Positions 41,341-55,280 of a DNA stretch of 64,000 bases are shown piece after piece. Position 1 is the first letter of the stretch; each line of letters starts with the position of its first letter. Source of the DNA: Octopus vulgaris (lineage: Eukaryota). Position numbers and translations under genes: made by a program. The stretch is from the NCBI GenBank assembly GCA_951406725.2, contig OX597826.1, positions 46,686,001-46,750,000 of the forward strand, read 5' to 3'. Under the pieces are notes generated by a model, which saw nothing but the letters and a program-made list of their open reading frames with translations, did not search any database and had not been told where the DNA came from.

Positions 41341-42633
41341 TTTATCTACTCACTGCTATGACCGGAAAATGGCCCTCTCCCCCAAAACTTTCGGGCCTTG
41401 TGCCTAGATAGAAAAGAATATCTATCTGTTTACAAGATTCAGTCACTAGTCTTGGATAATGGCACGGCAGTGTCTTCTGGCATAAAATTGATTAAATTTA
41501 TCTTAATATATATTTTATTGCTCCATTCCTAACCAGATGGTCAAAAAGAAAAGTAGACCTGAGTTGGATTAGAACTCACGACTCAAACACAACCGCATAT
41601 GTGAAGGGTTTACTGAAGCATTTAACCACCTGCGCACTTTCCTGAAACATCTGTTGTTTTAGTCAACAAAATTTTAGTGCGATATTAAACAAAAATAAAA
41701 GAAATACAATTTAATGTCAAAAGGCAATTATTTTGAGAAAATTCATTTAAAACGATTCTTTAAAAGAGAACTCGGTAAATAAATAGATTGATACAGCTAA
41801 AAGGATAAACAGGTATCTAGTTAAGAGATATGTATATATAGAGAGAAACAGAGAGAGAGAGAGAGGGGGAGAGGGAAAGAAGAAGAGAGAGAGAAAGAGA
41901 AAGAGAGAGATACAGAGACTCTATGTGTGTCAGAGAGGGAGATCAAGAAAGAAGATGGACTGTTCACAGATTTCAAATAATTTTATTTAAATAGAATAAA
42001 ATATTAAACAAATTACTGAATATAATGCAACAAATTATTTTTATTCGGAAGAATACCAGATTATATTAGACTTTGAAAAGCTAAATTTTTTTTGAGAAGC
42101 TAAGATATATATATATATATATATGTTTGTGTATGTGTGCGTATGGCAAATGCCCGAAACCATGAGAGAAGAATTTAAAAAATGGTACGACGTGAAAGAA
42201 TAGTCGCCTGGGAATGCACAGATGGTATATATATAGATTTTTGTTTATAGAAATTAAAAAGGAAACAACAAAAACAAAATGCAGAAACAATCAAACAAAA
42301 AAATTGATTTATGATAATATAAATGATAAGCTGGTTACTTGTAAAATTCTTGAACACTTGGCACCTGCAACAAGACAAGAAAGTAAATGCTCACATAATG
42401 AACGTGTTTTGTCCCCACAGGTGTGATATAATAATACAATGACAGGTAAACTTGTCAAAATGTAATAAACGTTTTTCGATTGTAATAAACTAGATAGTAA
42501 TGGAAACAGGGATTTAACGATTGGCTGTGTTAGTTGTAATAGTTGTTGTTGTTACTTAGCTGAGTCCTCAACCACCCCGGTTCGCCCTGATCTTTAAGGT
42601 TAAAGATCAAAGTCATTCCACCTATATAAGTGC

Positions 42634-42930
42634 AGACAAGGCCTGTGTGGTTAAGAATCTCGGTTTGCGATCGCGTGGTTTCTGTGGTTTCCGGGACAGT
42701 CTCATGACGAGGTATCTTGGGTAAGTTTTTTTCTGCTCTAGTTCCGGGACTTGTGAGTGAATTTGGTAGACGGAAACTGTGTAATCTCGCCTTATGTATG
42801 TTTATGTTCCGTGCCTTCTGAGTGAATTTAGAAAGCAGAAACTGTATAGAAGCTCGTCTAATGTATGTTTGTGTTCGTTTGTTTACGTGACCGTAACTGG
42901 TTAACGGTTCGGCCAAAGATTCTAATGGAA
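42634..42930 (+). mobile_element. SINE family C, diverged, with a duplicated body segment
   Basis: GTGAGTGAATTTGGTAGACGGAAACTG followed by a second degenerate copy; AACGGTTCGGCCAAAGA. Confidence 0.7.
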
Positions 42931-42949
42931 TAAATTATTTATTTATTTA

Positions 42950-43250
42950 TGCACCCTTTTCAAGCCTAGCCAGGCTCATGGGCCCGGTTTTCCGGTTTCT
43001 GTGGCGTATGTGACCCCCCAGCTGGACGGGACAGCAGTCCATCGCAGCGTTACTCAAGAAACAGGAAGAGAGAGTGAGAGAAAGTTGGGGCTAAAGAGTA
43101 CAACAGGGGTCGCCCCCCCCCCCTGCCGGAGCCTCGTGGAGCTTTTTACATGTTTTCGCTCAATAAGCACACACAACGCCCGGTCTCGGAATCGAAACCG
43201 TGATTCTCCGACCGAGAGTCCGTTGCCCTAACCACTAGGCCATTGCACCT
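42950..43250 (-). mobile_element. tRNA-derived SINE, family D
   Basis: Minus-strand head GAGGTGCAATGGCCTAGTGGTTAGGG...GGTTTCGATTCC (A and B boxes); tail ends in (TAAA)n. Confidence 0.8.
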
Positions 43251-44011
43251 CTACAATGGAATAAATACCAGATTAAAATAAAATATGTACAAGGGCTGGT
43301 TTGTTCGATTAAAACCTGTCAAAGTGATGCCCCAGCATGGCCGGAATCCACTGCATGAAGCAAGTAAAAGGTAAAAGATAAAGTAATTGTCGGGTGCACG
43401 GGTACATGCACCCATGGGTACGTGCATGTACGTGCACACAGGTTTTTCTCCAGTAGCGCACAAACGTACTTTGTATGCGCACAAAAAATTAATGTTTTAA
43501 CAAATGGTTAATTAAAATTCTTTAGTAGTTTCTAATAGTTTCATATTTTAGCACAATGCCAGCAATTTTAGTGGGGAGTGGGTTTTATGATTACATTGAT
43601 CTCAGTTCTTCGGTGGTACTTGTTTTATCGACCGCGTTGGTATGAAAGGCAAAGTTGACCTGGGCGGAATTTGAAATTAGAACATTAAAAGCCGGAAGTA
43701 ATGCGGCTTAGCATTTTGTTCGATGCTCTAACGATTCTCTTTGAAAGTTGCATTAATAATAATTCTTAAATAATAATAGTTCTTTCTAATTTCAAGGTGA
43801 GGGGCTTGTTGTTTGCATCGATCTGAGTAATTGGCTGGTCCTTGTTTCATCGACCCAGGGGGGACGAAAGGCAGAAAAGGACCTCGGTGGTATTTGAACT
43901 CAGACCGTGAAGAGCCTGAAGAAATACTGCTAAGCATTGTTCGACGCGCTAATGATCCCACCAGCTCGCCGCCTTGTAGCAATCAATGAAAGATACTTAT
44001 ATATTTCAGTA

Positions 44012-44380
44012 TGTTCAGTTCCACTGCGTGGCACCTTAGGCAAGTGTCTTTTACAATAGCCTCAGGCCAACCAAAGCTTTGTGAGTGAATCTGGTAGACG
44101 GAAACTGAAAGAATCCCATCGTATATATGTATATATATATAAATATGTGTGTGTGCGTTTGTGTTTGTGTGCCTGTATTTGTCCCCCACCTACATCGCTT
44201 GACAACCGATGCTGGTGTGTTTACGTCTCCGTAACCTAGCGTTTCGGCAAAAGAGATCGATAGAATAAGCACTAAGCTTACAAAGAATAAGTCCTGGGGT
44301 CGATTTGCTAGACTAAAGGCGGTGCTCCAGCATGGCCAGTCAAATGACTGAAATAAGTAACAGAGCAAAAGAGTAAAGAG
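44012..44380 (+). mobile_element. SINE family C, 5'-truncated
   Basis: High identity to 3138-3585. Confidence 0.9.
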
Positions 44381-45114
44381 CATGTACATAGTTTTGTTGC
44401 AGGTAATAAAATTTATACATGGTTTTTGTGCAGGTGGACTTATAAATTATTGGATTCCAACTGTGACCATCCTGTCTTTTTTATTTATATAGGCTAAACT
44501 ATCTAATGTATTGTATTATTTAAAATGGTAACGTGATATTTGGAAGAGATTTGGTAACTATTTCTAGCGGGTCTCAAGACCACCTAGAGGCCCTCTCGTT
44601 GCTAGGCTTTATCTAATGTCCAAACCAAAGCAGTATATTTTACAGGAGTAACTGTTGAATATGAAAGATGTACTAAGTAGTAAGTAGGCGTGTCCAATTA
44701 ATAAAGACATCTTGAAGAAACAAAACATAGGCGTGGCGTTGTAGAGCAATAGGCGTGGCAAAAATGAGTGACATAATAGGTGTGGCTATACAACTAAAAG
44801 GAATGGAGAATTTGCTTTTAAAATTGATTTTAACTATGAAGTCTTGTAAAAATGTTGATAGAGAGAACATAGAGATATGATTAACAAGCTTGTCAAAAGG
44901 GACTGTATGTGGACGTTCTGTCTGCTAGAAACATTAGCTATGTCTTCTTCAACTTTTAAATCTTGCTATATTAAAAAGAAAAAAAAACGATGGACATCGT
45001 ATTGGATAATGTAGATTCATATGCACATTATGGACTGGATGTCCACAGTTGGAACGTCTTGACTATAGGTCCGTTGAACCACGACTGACCTGGGTTAAAC
45101 AACATTTATTTTGC

Positions 45115-47707
45115 TTTATTTGAAAAAGTCACCCCAACTTAAGAAATCGGTCACCACTTTTGACCCAAATCATGCAAAATTCTAGGAGTAAGGGAGTTCA
45201 TAACGCCTGCTGAAGGTTTTAGCAAATTTGGTGTGCTGACTCAATGCAATACAGAAATAGTATATCTGAAATTTCATCTTTCTAGTTGAAGGAGTTTCGT
45301 AGTTATGGGCTTTTTAAACTATAACCACTAGGTAGCACAAGATTCACACTTCACTTTTTCCGCTGCTTAAATCCTTCTAAACGCAAGAGAGATGAGGAAT
45401 AAAAGTATATTTAAATATTTTAAAGATTACTGGATCGAAATTGCTCTATGCAAAGGTTCAAAACTAGGTTATTTTAAGACAGGGGCCACTACAAGCATTC
45501 GATAACATACAAAATTTTAAAAAAATAGATATTTTAACACTATAGGCTTAATTCCAATTTTAAATAACTGTATAAGAAAAAGGGTGCTAAACGTTAGCAA
45601 ATTTTTAAACATAACAAAGAATTAATATGTTTTGTTAGATAAAATAATTATTATGTTTGGGTAGATAAAATACATCGAAGCTGAAGTTTCTCCTTCCTTT
45701 TACAAACGTCATAAAGGTCTTGAAGGCACTTGATCGCCCGTTCAGGGAATTCCCAGTTTTGATGGTTCTCGATTCCAAAAGTTTTTTAGAGTTCAATACT
45801 TTTTTTATGAACTTGCAATGTAACTTCTGATAATCATGTGCATTGAACATTTGGTCAGTAAACCAAAAATCTGCTCAGCTGTAAGAGAGGAATCGACTAA
45901 TATTGAGAAGCAAGACTTTTTTCTCTGGTAGAAGAATAAATGCCAAAAGAGCTAGTATTGCTCGAGAATTCCATTTTGCATTACATAAGTTGGGTATTTT
46001 TTGAAACTTTACAGTAGGAAATTTGCCGGTTTCTTGAAAGAAAAGAAGAACTGGGCAAAGGAAATAGAAATTTCATGTCATCTCGCCATCCTGCTGATTC
46101 AGTAATCTTTTCTTCATCATTGTTGAAATTAGCCTGGAGTTTCTCGTAATTATTTAGAAACTCTGGGATGAAAGTATATTCAATATTGGGGGATGACTTT
46201 TTTTCTCCAAGTTCGTTATCCATTACAACGCGAAGAACTCTGTCAAGGATATGAAGCTGACAACCAATAAATTGCAGTTCTTTCAATCCCTTTTGAGCAA
46301 ACAGCCTTTGCAACTGAATGACAATGCCATTTCTTTTCCCAGTGTGCACATTCGTTGTATAAGCGACAATCGTCTTTACACAGTTCCATAAATTTTATTC
46401 ATCCAAAACAGATGTTATTCCTTTCACAACTGTATCGGCTTTTCTGTTTAGTAATTGGAGTGCTTCTAACTTAACTTCTCACAGTTCATTCTTTAAAACT
46501 AGCACTTGGTATTCTTGGTCATCAATACGTTTTCCATCAAAATGCAATGATCAGTTTTATAAATGTAGTGTTCTTTTCATTTTCTTTTTTTAGGTTTAAT
46601 AACTTCTTTGATAGTCAATCTGTAAATACCAGATTGGGAAGGAGTCTCGACATTGATTCCATCTTGAGATAATTGTCGACAAACTGCTGCTGCTTTTTGG
46701 GTTGATAGGTTGGAAAATATTACTAACTTGGTTGCAGTTCCAGTTTTGCTATATTTCCCCCTTGCTTGTGTGGATTATTCATCTGATTTTTCGGACTCTT
46801 GATATTCACTTTCAGTCTCTGCTTCAGACGTTGACAGTGATACTGTAGTTGCTCTGGTTGAAGTTGGCATTAAGGGCACTTTTCTTCTTTTGGATGGATG
46901 GATAGTTTTGGAACCGGCTGCTTTTTCAGTTCCGTTCCCAACCTGCCCCTTGCTTTCAATTTGAAGATAATATAACCTTCTATCCTCAATGCACAGCTAT
47001 TCACCGTTTTCCTTTGTGATGTCAAATATTCCTTTCAATGAATCGTTTTTTTCTCGTTTTACAAGTATTCGGCACTTTTTCTACTTTTGCTTGTACATTT
47101 TGAATTGATAATTATGGGAAATTTAATTTCTTTTGCCATAAAAATGTTACTTCTTTCGAAATTTCCTTTGTTTTTCTTTCCTTCTTTTGATTGTACTTCC
47201 AAGGAAAGGGTAGCAAGCGACAATTTGAAGTTTCATTGGTATCCTGCAGTTGTTTTCCAAAGAATGCTCTTCCTATGTATGTCTTGAAATTGCCCGAGAT
47301 TCTTCGTTCAGATATTTTGTTTCTTTGAGTGACAAAAGCACTTCTCTTATGAGACATTATTTCAGATACTCCAGTTGGATAAGCCTATTATTCTGAAAAA
47401 CAGTTAATATAGCCAGAGTTTTTAGCGTCACAGAAATGAAAAAGAGAGGAAGAGGATATTTCCTAAAGTAGAGCCTAAGTGGTAACAAATTAATAACTCT
47501 ATAACTCCTAAACTACTTGAACTTGAAAGCTGAAGTTTGAGATATACTGCTTCTGCATTACATTAAGTCAGCACACCATGTTTGGTAAAAACTGGAGCTG
47601 GCATTGTGAACCCCCACCCTAGAATTTTGCATGATTTGGGTAAAAAGTGGAGTTAGATTTCTTTAGTTGGGAATGATGATTTTTAAAAATAAAGATTATT
47701 TTCCCTA
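45115..47707 (-). mobile_element. hAT-related (hATm-like) DNA transposon, degenerate, ~190-bp imperfect TIRs
   Basis: TIRs at ~45115-45310 and ~47500-47707 (CCAAATCATGCAAAATTCTAGG / CCTAGAATTTTGCATGATTTGG); right end reads TAGGG on the minus strand. Subfamily assignment is from memory. Confidence 0.8.
45640..47360 (-). pseudogene. DDE transposase pseudogene
   Basis: LHFDGKRID, AYTTNVHTGKRNG (expected D is Y), GCQLHILD (CxxH), WRDDMKFL, AKWNSRAILAL; multiple stops and frameshifts. Confidence 0.85.
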
Positions 47708-47791
47708 CTTATATGAAATTGTTCATCGACTTTTGATACAGGAAATTGTTTACTTCCAAAAATATCAAAAAGCCAGAACACACACACACAC

Positions 47792-47854
<63 letters not shown>

Positions 47855-47931
47855 GTATATATATACTCTATAGATATATTCGTATATATACATATTATAT
47901 ATACGTATATATATTGGTCTATATATAAGTA

Positions 47932-47983
<52 letters not shown>

Positions 47984-47994
47984 CATATACACGG

Positions 47995-48027
<33 letters not shown>

Positions 48028-48119
48028 CATATATATATACACATATACACATATATATAGACGGAAAAGGGAACATTCGAGAAAGTTTATTGCTCACAAC
48101 GATCATTTCGACGGCATGA

Positions 48120-48305
48120 TTGACCGCTAAATCCACAAGTTTTTTTAAAAATTTTCTCTCTGTTTATTTCTTCGTGCTCCTTTCTGTTGAAGAGCGTAGG
48201 CTCAAAAGGTACAAGACTTTCTCATCTTCCCGAGTGTCAAACTAATACACCTGCTTGTTGTTTTATACACCTGTCTTCGTCTTTTGTTTTTCTGTAAATT
48301 TGAAC

Positions 48306-48307
<2 letters not shown>
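48120..48307 (+). mobile_element. Second copy of the hammerhead-like repeat seen at 13215-13400
   Basis: TTGACCGCTAAAT, CTGTTGAAGAGCGTAGGCTC, GTCAAACTAATACACCTGCTTGTTG, AAATTTGAAC then (TA)n. Confidence 0.8.
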
Positions 48308-48340
<33 letters not shown>

Positions 48341-48341
48341 G

Positions 48342-48399
<58 letters not shown>

Positions 48400-48401
48400 A
48401 A

Positions 48402-48447
<46 letters not shown>

Positions 48448-48455
48448 TGTATATA

Positions 48456-48564
<109 letters not shown>

Positions 48565-48924
48565 TATAAATAAAGGCAAAAAGAAAAAAAATGTCTTTGC
48601 TAATATGCTGAAAAATAGACGCGAAATCGTCTAAACGTGGTTATGTCTAAGTATTTCATTTATTTTCTTTTTGTTCCTCGCTGATGAAGTGAGAATCCTT
48701 TTTGGGATTAATCCAGAAATCACAACCGATTCGGGAATAACTATATTGTTTTCGGCACGTGGTGTATTAATATAAGTGGAAATATCTTATGCGGTTAGAC
48801 GATTTAGTGTCTATTTTTCAGCATATTGGCAAAGAATTTTTTTTCTTTTTGCCCTTATTTATAATTGCATTTATAATGTTCACCTTAAAAGGTATTTTTC
48901 ATATGCTGGTCACTTATATTAGAA

Positions 48925-48990
<66 letters not shown>

Positions 48991-49155
48991 GTGTGTGTGT
49001 ATTATATATATTAATATAGGTATATGCATATATCCATATATAAATATATATGCATACATATGCACGCATACAAACATACTTGTGTCTGCAAATGTCTCTC
49101 ACAGTATATATATATATATATAAATACACAAGCGCAAGTGAACACTTGTGAACAC

Positions 49156-49196
<41 letters not shown>

Positions 49197-50881
49197 ACCA
49201 TTCAATTTATCTTACACTTCTCATTGGATACGTAAGTTAAACAGTCCAAAACAGATTATACCAGGATAAAGAAAGCGAATTGTCGTCTAGAAGTTCCTCG
49301 ATCAGGGATCTTGTTATCCAGGACTGTTTTAAACAGCTACAACGACGACGATGACAAAAACAACAACAATAATAATAGTATCAAGAGAAATGATAATAAT
49401 ATCAGTACTCAATCGTGTTTTTAGATTTCTTTCACTTTATCAAAACAACGGAATGTGTAACAACTGGAATAATTAGTAAGAAATTAAACAGCAGTTTACC
49501 TTGAATGCGTTGTTATTTCTATTCTCTGTGAGGAGGAGAGCTGGCAGAATCATTAGCACGCTGGGCGAAATACTTAGCAGTATTCCGCCAAACTCCGCCG
49601 AAGTTGACTTTGCCTTTCGTCATTTCGGGGTCGATAAATTAAGAACCAGTGAAACACTGGGATTGATGCAATTGACTAGCACCCTCCCCTAAAAGTCCGG
49701 CCTTGTACCTTTGTGTAAGGAGTTATTTCTATTCTCTGCACTTAGAAATAAAGCCTGCAGTGGTTTAATATTTAATAAACATTCCTAAAAAATACATACA
49801 CACATATATGTTCATCTATGTGCATAAATATTTATATGCACGCACGCACACATATTACACACTCACAGACACACAAACACCCCCTCACACACACACATAT
49901 ACATGTGTGCATAATATACAAAAGAAGATTCTGAAAAATACATTACATTGTAAGAATGGAACCTACATCGGTGCTCTGGCAGTGATATCTATCATAGTAA
50001 CCAACTACCTGACAAATTACAATATACAGACACAGAAAGATATTTTTTTTCTTCTTTCTTCGACTTCGTTCCTTAATTAGTAACTAAACTGTTACGTGAT
50101 AGCACTATTACGTCATGACACATAAGGGCAGTCTGTTTCGATACGAGTGACCGCTGACACAGAATAAAATTTCATACCACCATTACGTAAGTGCTATCTG
50201 TGACACAACAGGCAGCTTTGTCAGATTCTTCGTTTGCCTACCAACTTCTGCAACAAATAGTTTGTCTTTTATATTTTACTCTAGATTTAGAACAACACCA
50301 TTCTTATATTTGTTTGTGTTTATATATAACAGAAACTGAACATAAAAAAAAAGAAAGAAAAAGATTTGAATGTTATGCAGATTATTTACAGTACAACATT
50401 TAATTGTACCAACCAGATTAAGGCATGAATCTTATGCATAAGATGTTTCTAATCATCCATAACTCAGCACTGGCCACATTGGGCTACATAAACCACAACC
50501 GTTTATTCAAAGCATAATCTACACTCAATGGACAAAAGGATAAAATATATAATTAAACGAATAAGTTGTTTAGTTTAATATATGTAATATATGGAAGGAT
50601 TCTAAGAATCCAGAACGCAACTCATTCCTCCGTGGACAATGGAAAAGTCTACAATTCCTTTGAAACAAAATCTACAATTAATCCACAATAAATCGATCCC
50701 GTACAGTTGTATGGGGGCTTTGTTGCTATAGGCTCGGCAATAGGGGGTGTTGTGGTTGCAGGGAGTACAAAATATGGGGTGGAGTATATTGAAAATGCTT
50801 TGAACATAATCCTGAAAAACGAGCGGGTACACATTTTTGGACCTGATTCGAAACATTACTTTTCCATTATTGGATCTTTCT

Positions 50882-51330
50882 TATTTGATTACTGTACAAA
50901 CATTCTGCCGCGTCAAAATGCTTTGCAATATTTTAGTAGCTTATTTGCTTTATTCGTCAAATTATTACAAAAGCAACCTAGTACCCAGCGTAGAAGCCAT
51001 TGTATTGCACTGTCTAAAGGCACCTTTCTGCCAGTTCTTTGGTCCTACGCTGGTACCAGTTCTTGTCCTTCGAGACGAACGACTCCTTCACAAAATCTTC
51101 ATCCTTTTGGTTGATGAAGCGTCGCAAGCGCAGGAAGTGATACACGGATCAGGAGTAATGATCTAAGGGCCTAATTTCGGATAATATGCTAGAGTGGCAT
51201 CAGTTCGAATACCTCAAGTTCCTGGAGGCTATTCGAGCGGTTTGAGAGCTTGCGTTGTCTTGTTGCAGAAGAGCTCGCTTTCTCTTAACCAATGCTGAGT
51301 ATGTTTGCTGCACAATGGCATACATCCCTA
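50882..51330 (-). mobile_element. Mariner transposase C-terminal fragment, degenerate
   Basis: Minus strand reads ALVKRKRALLQQDNA, QELEVFELMP, HFLRLRRFINQKD, SKDKNWYQR..KELAER..TVQYNGFY. Confidence 0.85.
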
Positions 51331-51518
51331 AGGTGCCGAAATTTAGGGGTAGGGGACTAATCGATTACATCGACCCCCAGTACTTAACTGGTACTTAATT
51401 TATCGACCTCGAATAGATAAAAGACAAAATCGACCTCGGCGGAATTTGAACGTAGCGACTGGCGCAATACCGCTAAGCATTTTGCTCGACATGCTAACGA
51501 TTCTGCCAGCTCACCGCC

Positions 51519-51520
<2 letters not shown>
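51330..51520 (-). mobile_element. SINE family B
   Basis: GAAATTTAGGGGTAGGGGACTAATCGAT...CTGCCAGCTCACCGCCT. Confidence 0.88.
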
Positions 51521-51576
<56 letters not shown>

Positions 51577-51605
51577 TAATAATATTAATAATGATAATAA
51601 TAATG

Positions 51606-51661
<56 letters not shown>

Positions 51662-51668
51662 AATATTA

Positions 51669-51701
<33 letters not shown>

Positions 51702-51707
51702 TAATAA

Positions 51708-51815
51708 TGCATGTGCCTGGTGTACCCTTATCAGACGGGTAGTCATGATGGGTATACTAGGCTTCGTATATTTTACCCCAGTGTCACTTTGATGGCATGC
51801 TCTGCTCGCTCACTC
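51708..51815 (+). mobile_element. Short (AAT)n-flanked element, probable 3' UTR of an AAT-targeting retroelement
   Basis: Homologous to 53846-53955; both end CACTCAATAATAAT. Confidence 0.7.
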
Positions 51816-51863
<48 letters not shown>

Positions 51864-51867
<4 letters not shown>

Positions 51868-52760
51868 CTGCCACAAAAATGCGAAACATATCAAGCAGAC
51901 CGCAAAAAGAACAGGTAGAAACAACTTGAGCAGTGGAGCCAGAAGCCTCTGCATGGACAGTATATACTTCGAAGCTGAAATGCTGATATAGACCAAGCAA
52001 CAACCCATTAGTGGCTGAGAAGCTCAGGATTGAAAGCAGAGACTGATGGTTTTATATTAGCGGCACAAGATCAAAGCTTGCTTAGAAAAAACTACCAGGT
52101 TAATGTTTTTTCAAAACGGTTCTGTCTCTAAATGCAGATTCTGTGATAAATTTGATGAAACAATAGAACATCTCGTCTCGGGATGTCTTGTGCTAACACC
52201 AAAGGAATACAAAAGCACCACGATTGAGTAGGACAGTATTTTGGAAAATATATAAGCATATTTCAGCGGTGGTGCCCCAGCATGGCCGCAGCCTTCGGGC
52301 TAAAGCATTTTTAAGGATTTTAAGGATTTATATGGAAAATATGTTAAACTGGTATGACCATCATCCTGAGCCAGTCGTTGAAGGTAAAAATATCACTATC
52401 CTCTGGGAAATTCCAGTCAACGCCGACAGAACGATCCAGGATAATAGACCAGACACAGTCATTAAAGACAGAGAAGATCATACTTGAAGACTAATAGATA
52501 TAAGTGTTCTCACTGATAAAAATATACCTGTCAAGGAACTTGACAAATTAAGTAAATGTAAGGTCCTGGAAATTGAAATACAAAAGATGTGGCATCTTAA
52601 AGTGAAAACTGTTCCTGTTACTCTGGTTATCCTTAATCTGAGAAGAAAAGGGTGTGAGAAACATCTAGATAGCATCCCAGGAGAACCATGTCTCAGACAG
52701 AAATCCAAATGCTTGTGCTGACTAGTATTGCCCACATCCTGTGAAAAACGCTATCAATAT
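51864..52760 (+). mobile_element. Dong/R4-like copy 4, degenerate, with SINE-tail insert near 52265-52330
   Basis: LHGQY, WLRSSGLKAETDGFILAAQDQ, CRFCDKFDETIEHLVSGC, ILWEIPVNADRTIQDNRPD; follows (AAT)n. Confidence 0.88.
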
Positions 52761-52875
52761 AAATGCCTGTGTTGTATTACATGAAAATATTTCGCTACTG
52801 GCCTTGTCACATGCCCTTTTTAAGTTTTCAGTCATACTGTAACAACACTTATCCTTCAATTAAAAATAAGACTAT

Positions 52876-52913
<38 letters not shown>

Positions 52914-52923
52914 TAATAATAAT

Positions 52924-52986
<63 letters not shown>

Positions 52987-53056
52987 TATCATTATTATTA
53001 TTATTATTATCATTACTATCATTATTATTATCATTATTATCATTCTTTGTATCATA

Positions 53057-53230
53057 TTCACAAGGCTTAAATTTGGGGCAAGGGGATAATCGATTACGTC
53101 GACCACAGTACTCAGCTGGATGAAAGGTAAAGTCGGTCACAGCGGAATTTGAACTCAGAGCATAGCGACGGGTGAAATACCGCTAAGCATTTCGTCGAGC
53201 ATGCTAACAATTCTACCAGTTCACCACTTT
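53057..53230 (-). mobile_element. SINE family B, internally deleted
   Basis: Homologous to 51330-51520. Confidence 0.8.
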
Positions 53231-53231
53231 C

Positions 53232-53314
<83 letters not shown>

Positions 53315-53354
53315 CAAAAAAATAATAATAACAATAATAATAATAATAATGATA

Positions 53355-53400
<46 letters not shown>

Positions 53401-53531
53401 TAATAATAATAATAATAATAATAACAATAATAATAATAATGATAATAGCAATAATGATAATAATAATAATAAAAATAATAATAATAATAATAACAATAAT
53501 AATAATAATAACAATAATAATAATAATAAAG

Positions 53532-53605
<74 letters not shown>
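53232..53605. repeat. (AAT)n microsatellite, ~370 bp
   Basis: Directly visible. Confidence 0.97.
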
Positions 53606-53609
<4 letters not shown>

Positions 53610-53955
53610 TAACAGGCACTGGTTCTCATGGCTTCTGATCTTAACTAATTGAAAGTGTTATCATGTAGAATTAACCTCTGGAAACATGGCTGTTTTGTTC
53701 AACATTCTTAAATAACCCTTATTCGGGGACGTTTTGAGTGGGGTGGGCTACTCGATCCGAAGAAAATTCTAACTGGGACCCAACAGCAAGGTCATGCGCT
53801 GTTTATCTAGATATGAGAGTACCATGTTGCGCACATATGATTGTGATGCATGTGCCTGGTGTACCCTTATCAGACGGATTGTCATAATGGGTATATTGGG
53901 CTTTGTATATTTGTACCCCAGTGTCACTTTGATGGCCTGCGTTGCTCCTTCACTC
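53610..53955 (+). mobile_element. Longer copy of the (AAT)n-flanked element
   Basis: 3' 110 bp match 51708-51815; (AAT)n on both sides. Confidence 0.7.
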
Positions 53956-54473
53956 AATAATAATAATGTTTTCAAATTTTGACACAAAGCCAGTAAGTTT
54001 TTGGTATAGAGTAAGTCGATTACATTGACCCCAGCATTCAACAGGTAGAGTTGTTTTACTGACATCGAAAGGATGAAGGGCAAAGGCGACCTCAGAGGAA
54101 TTTGAGCTCAGAACACGAAGACAGACGAAATGCCGCTAAGCATTTTTGCCTCGTTTGCTAACATTTCTGCCAGCTCGCCGATAATAGTTGTTGCTATCGT
54201 TCTGTCTAACATTAGCACGAGACTCTCTGGAGGAGAGCAATGACTATATCGATCTCAATGCATGACTGACATTCTACCTAGCAGGATTTGAAATCAGAAC
54301 GTAAAGAGGCGGAACAAATAGTGCATGCCATTTTATCGAACACTCCAACGATTTTACGGTCAAAAATGTTGGAAGAGAACAATTGTTTTCACAGACGTTT
54401 CAGGGGAAAAACCTATAAAAACTGAGTATTTGTACAACCAGCACACACACACACACACACACACATACACACA

Positions 54474-54554
<81 letters not shown>

Positions 54555-55230
54555 GAAGAAGGATGCAGGCATACACACATACATATATAGGTGTGTACAT
54601 ACCTATTTATGTGTGTTCATTTGTGTGTGTGTGTGCATATAAATATATTTATATCTATACATACACACACACATATGTATATACTAACATACACACACAC
54701 ATATATTTATACATATGCATATATACATGCACATATATAAATGTATGTGCATATAAGCATATATATACAAACACATACACACACACACATATATATAAGC
54801 TTATAAGCATGCATATATATATATATATGTATATGCCTACACGCAGACACACACATACATACATACATATATACACACATACACACACACATACACACAC
54901 ATACATACACACACACACATACTAAAAGACTGCTGATCCTGGATAATCACGGTTCAATGATTGGAACAGTAAAATTATAAAAGAATACTCACGCTTATAT
55001 AGATATGTGTGTGTACTCAATCGCACATAGATACAAACGTATACATACACACATACACATATACACTCATACACATACACGTGTAACAGTTTTTGTATGC
55101 GTGTGTGTGTGTGTGTGTGTGTGTACATGTGTGCGTGTGTGCGTTTGTGTGCGCACGTTTCTGCTATATTTATAGATTGCTCCGAAATATATATTTTTGT
55201 TGAATTTTTTCGGAAACGATATTACAATAA

Positions 55231-55280
<50 letters not shown>

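Noticed and set aside
43170-43250. tRNA gene
   Set aside because: The tRNA-like head continues into a SINE body and lacks a clean cloverleaf.
44685-44786. CRISPR-like repeat-spacer array
   Set aside because: Repeats are only 10 bp with irregular spacing, there are no cas genes, and the context is eukaryotic.
48681-48722. Hammerhead-like CTGATGA...GAAAT
   Set aside because: Stem II closure and the cleavage triplet are not convincing.
50707-51166. 135-aa and 109-aa plus-strand ORFs
   Set aside because: They largely lie antisense to a decayed mariner fragment.
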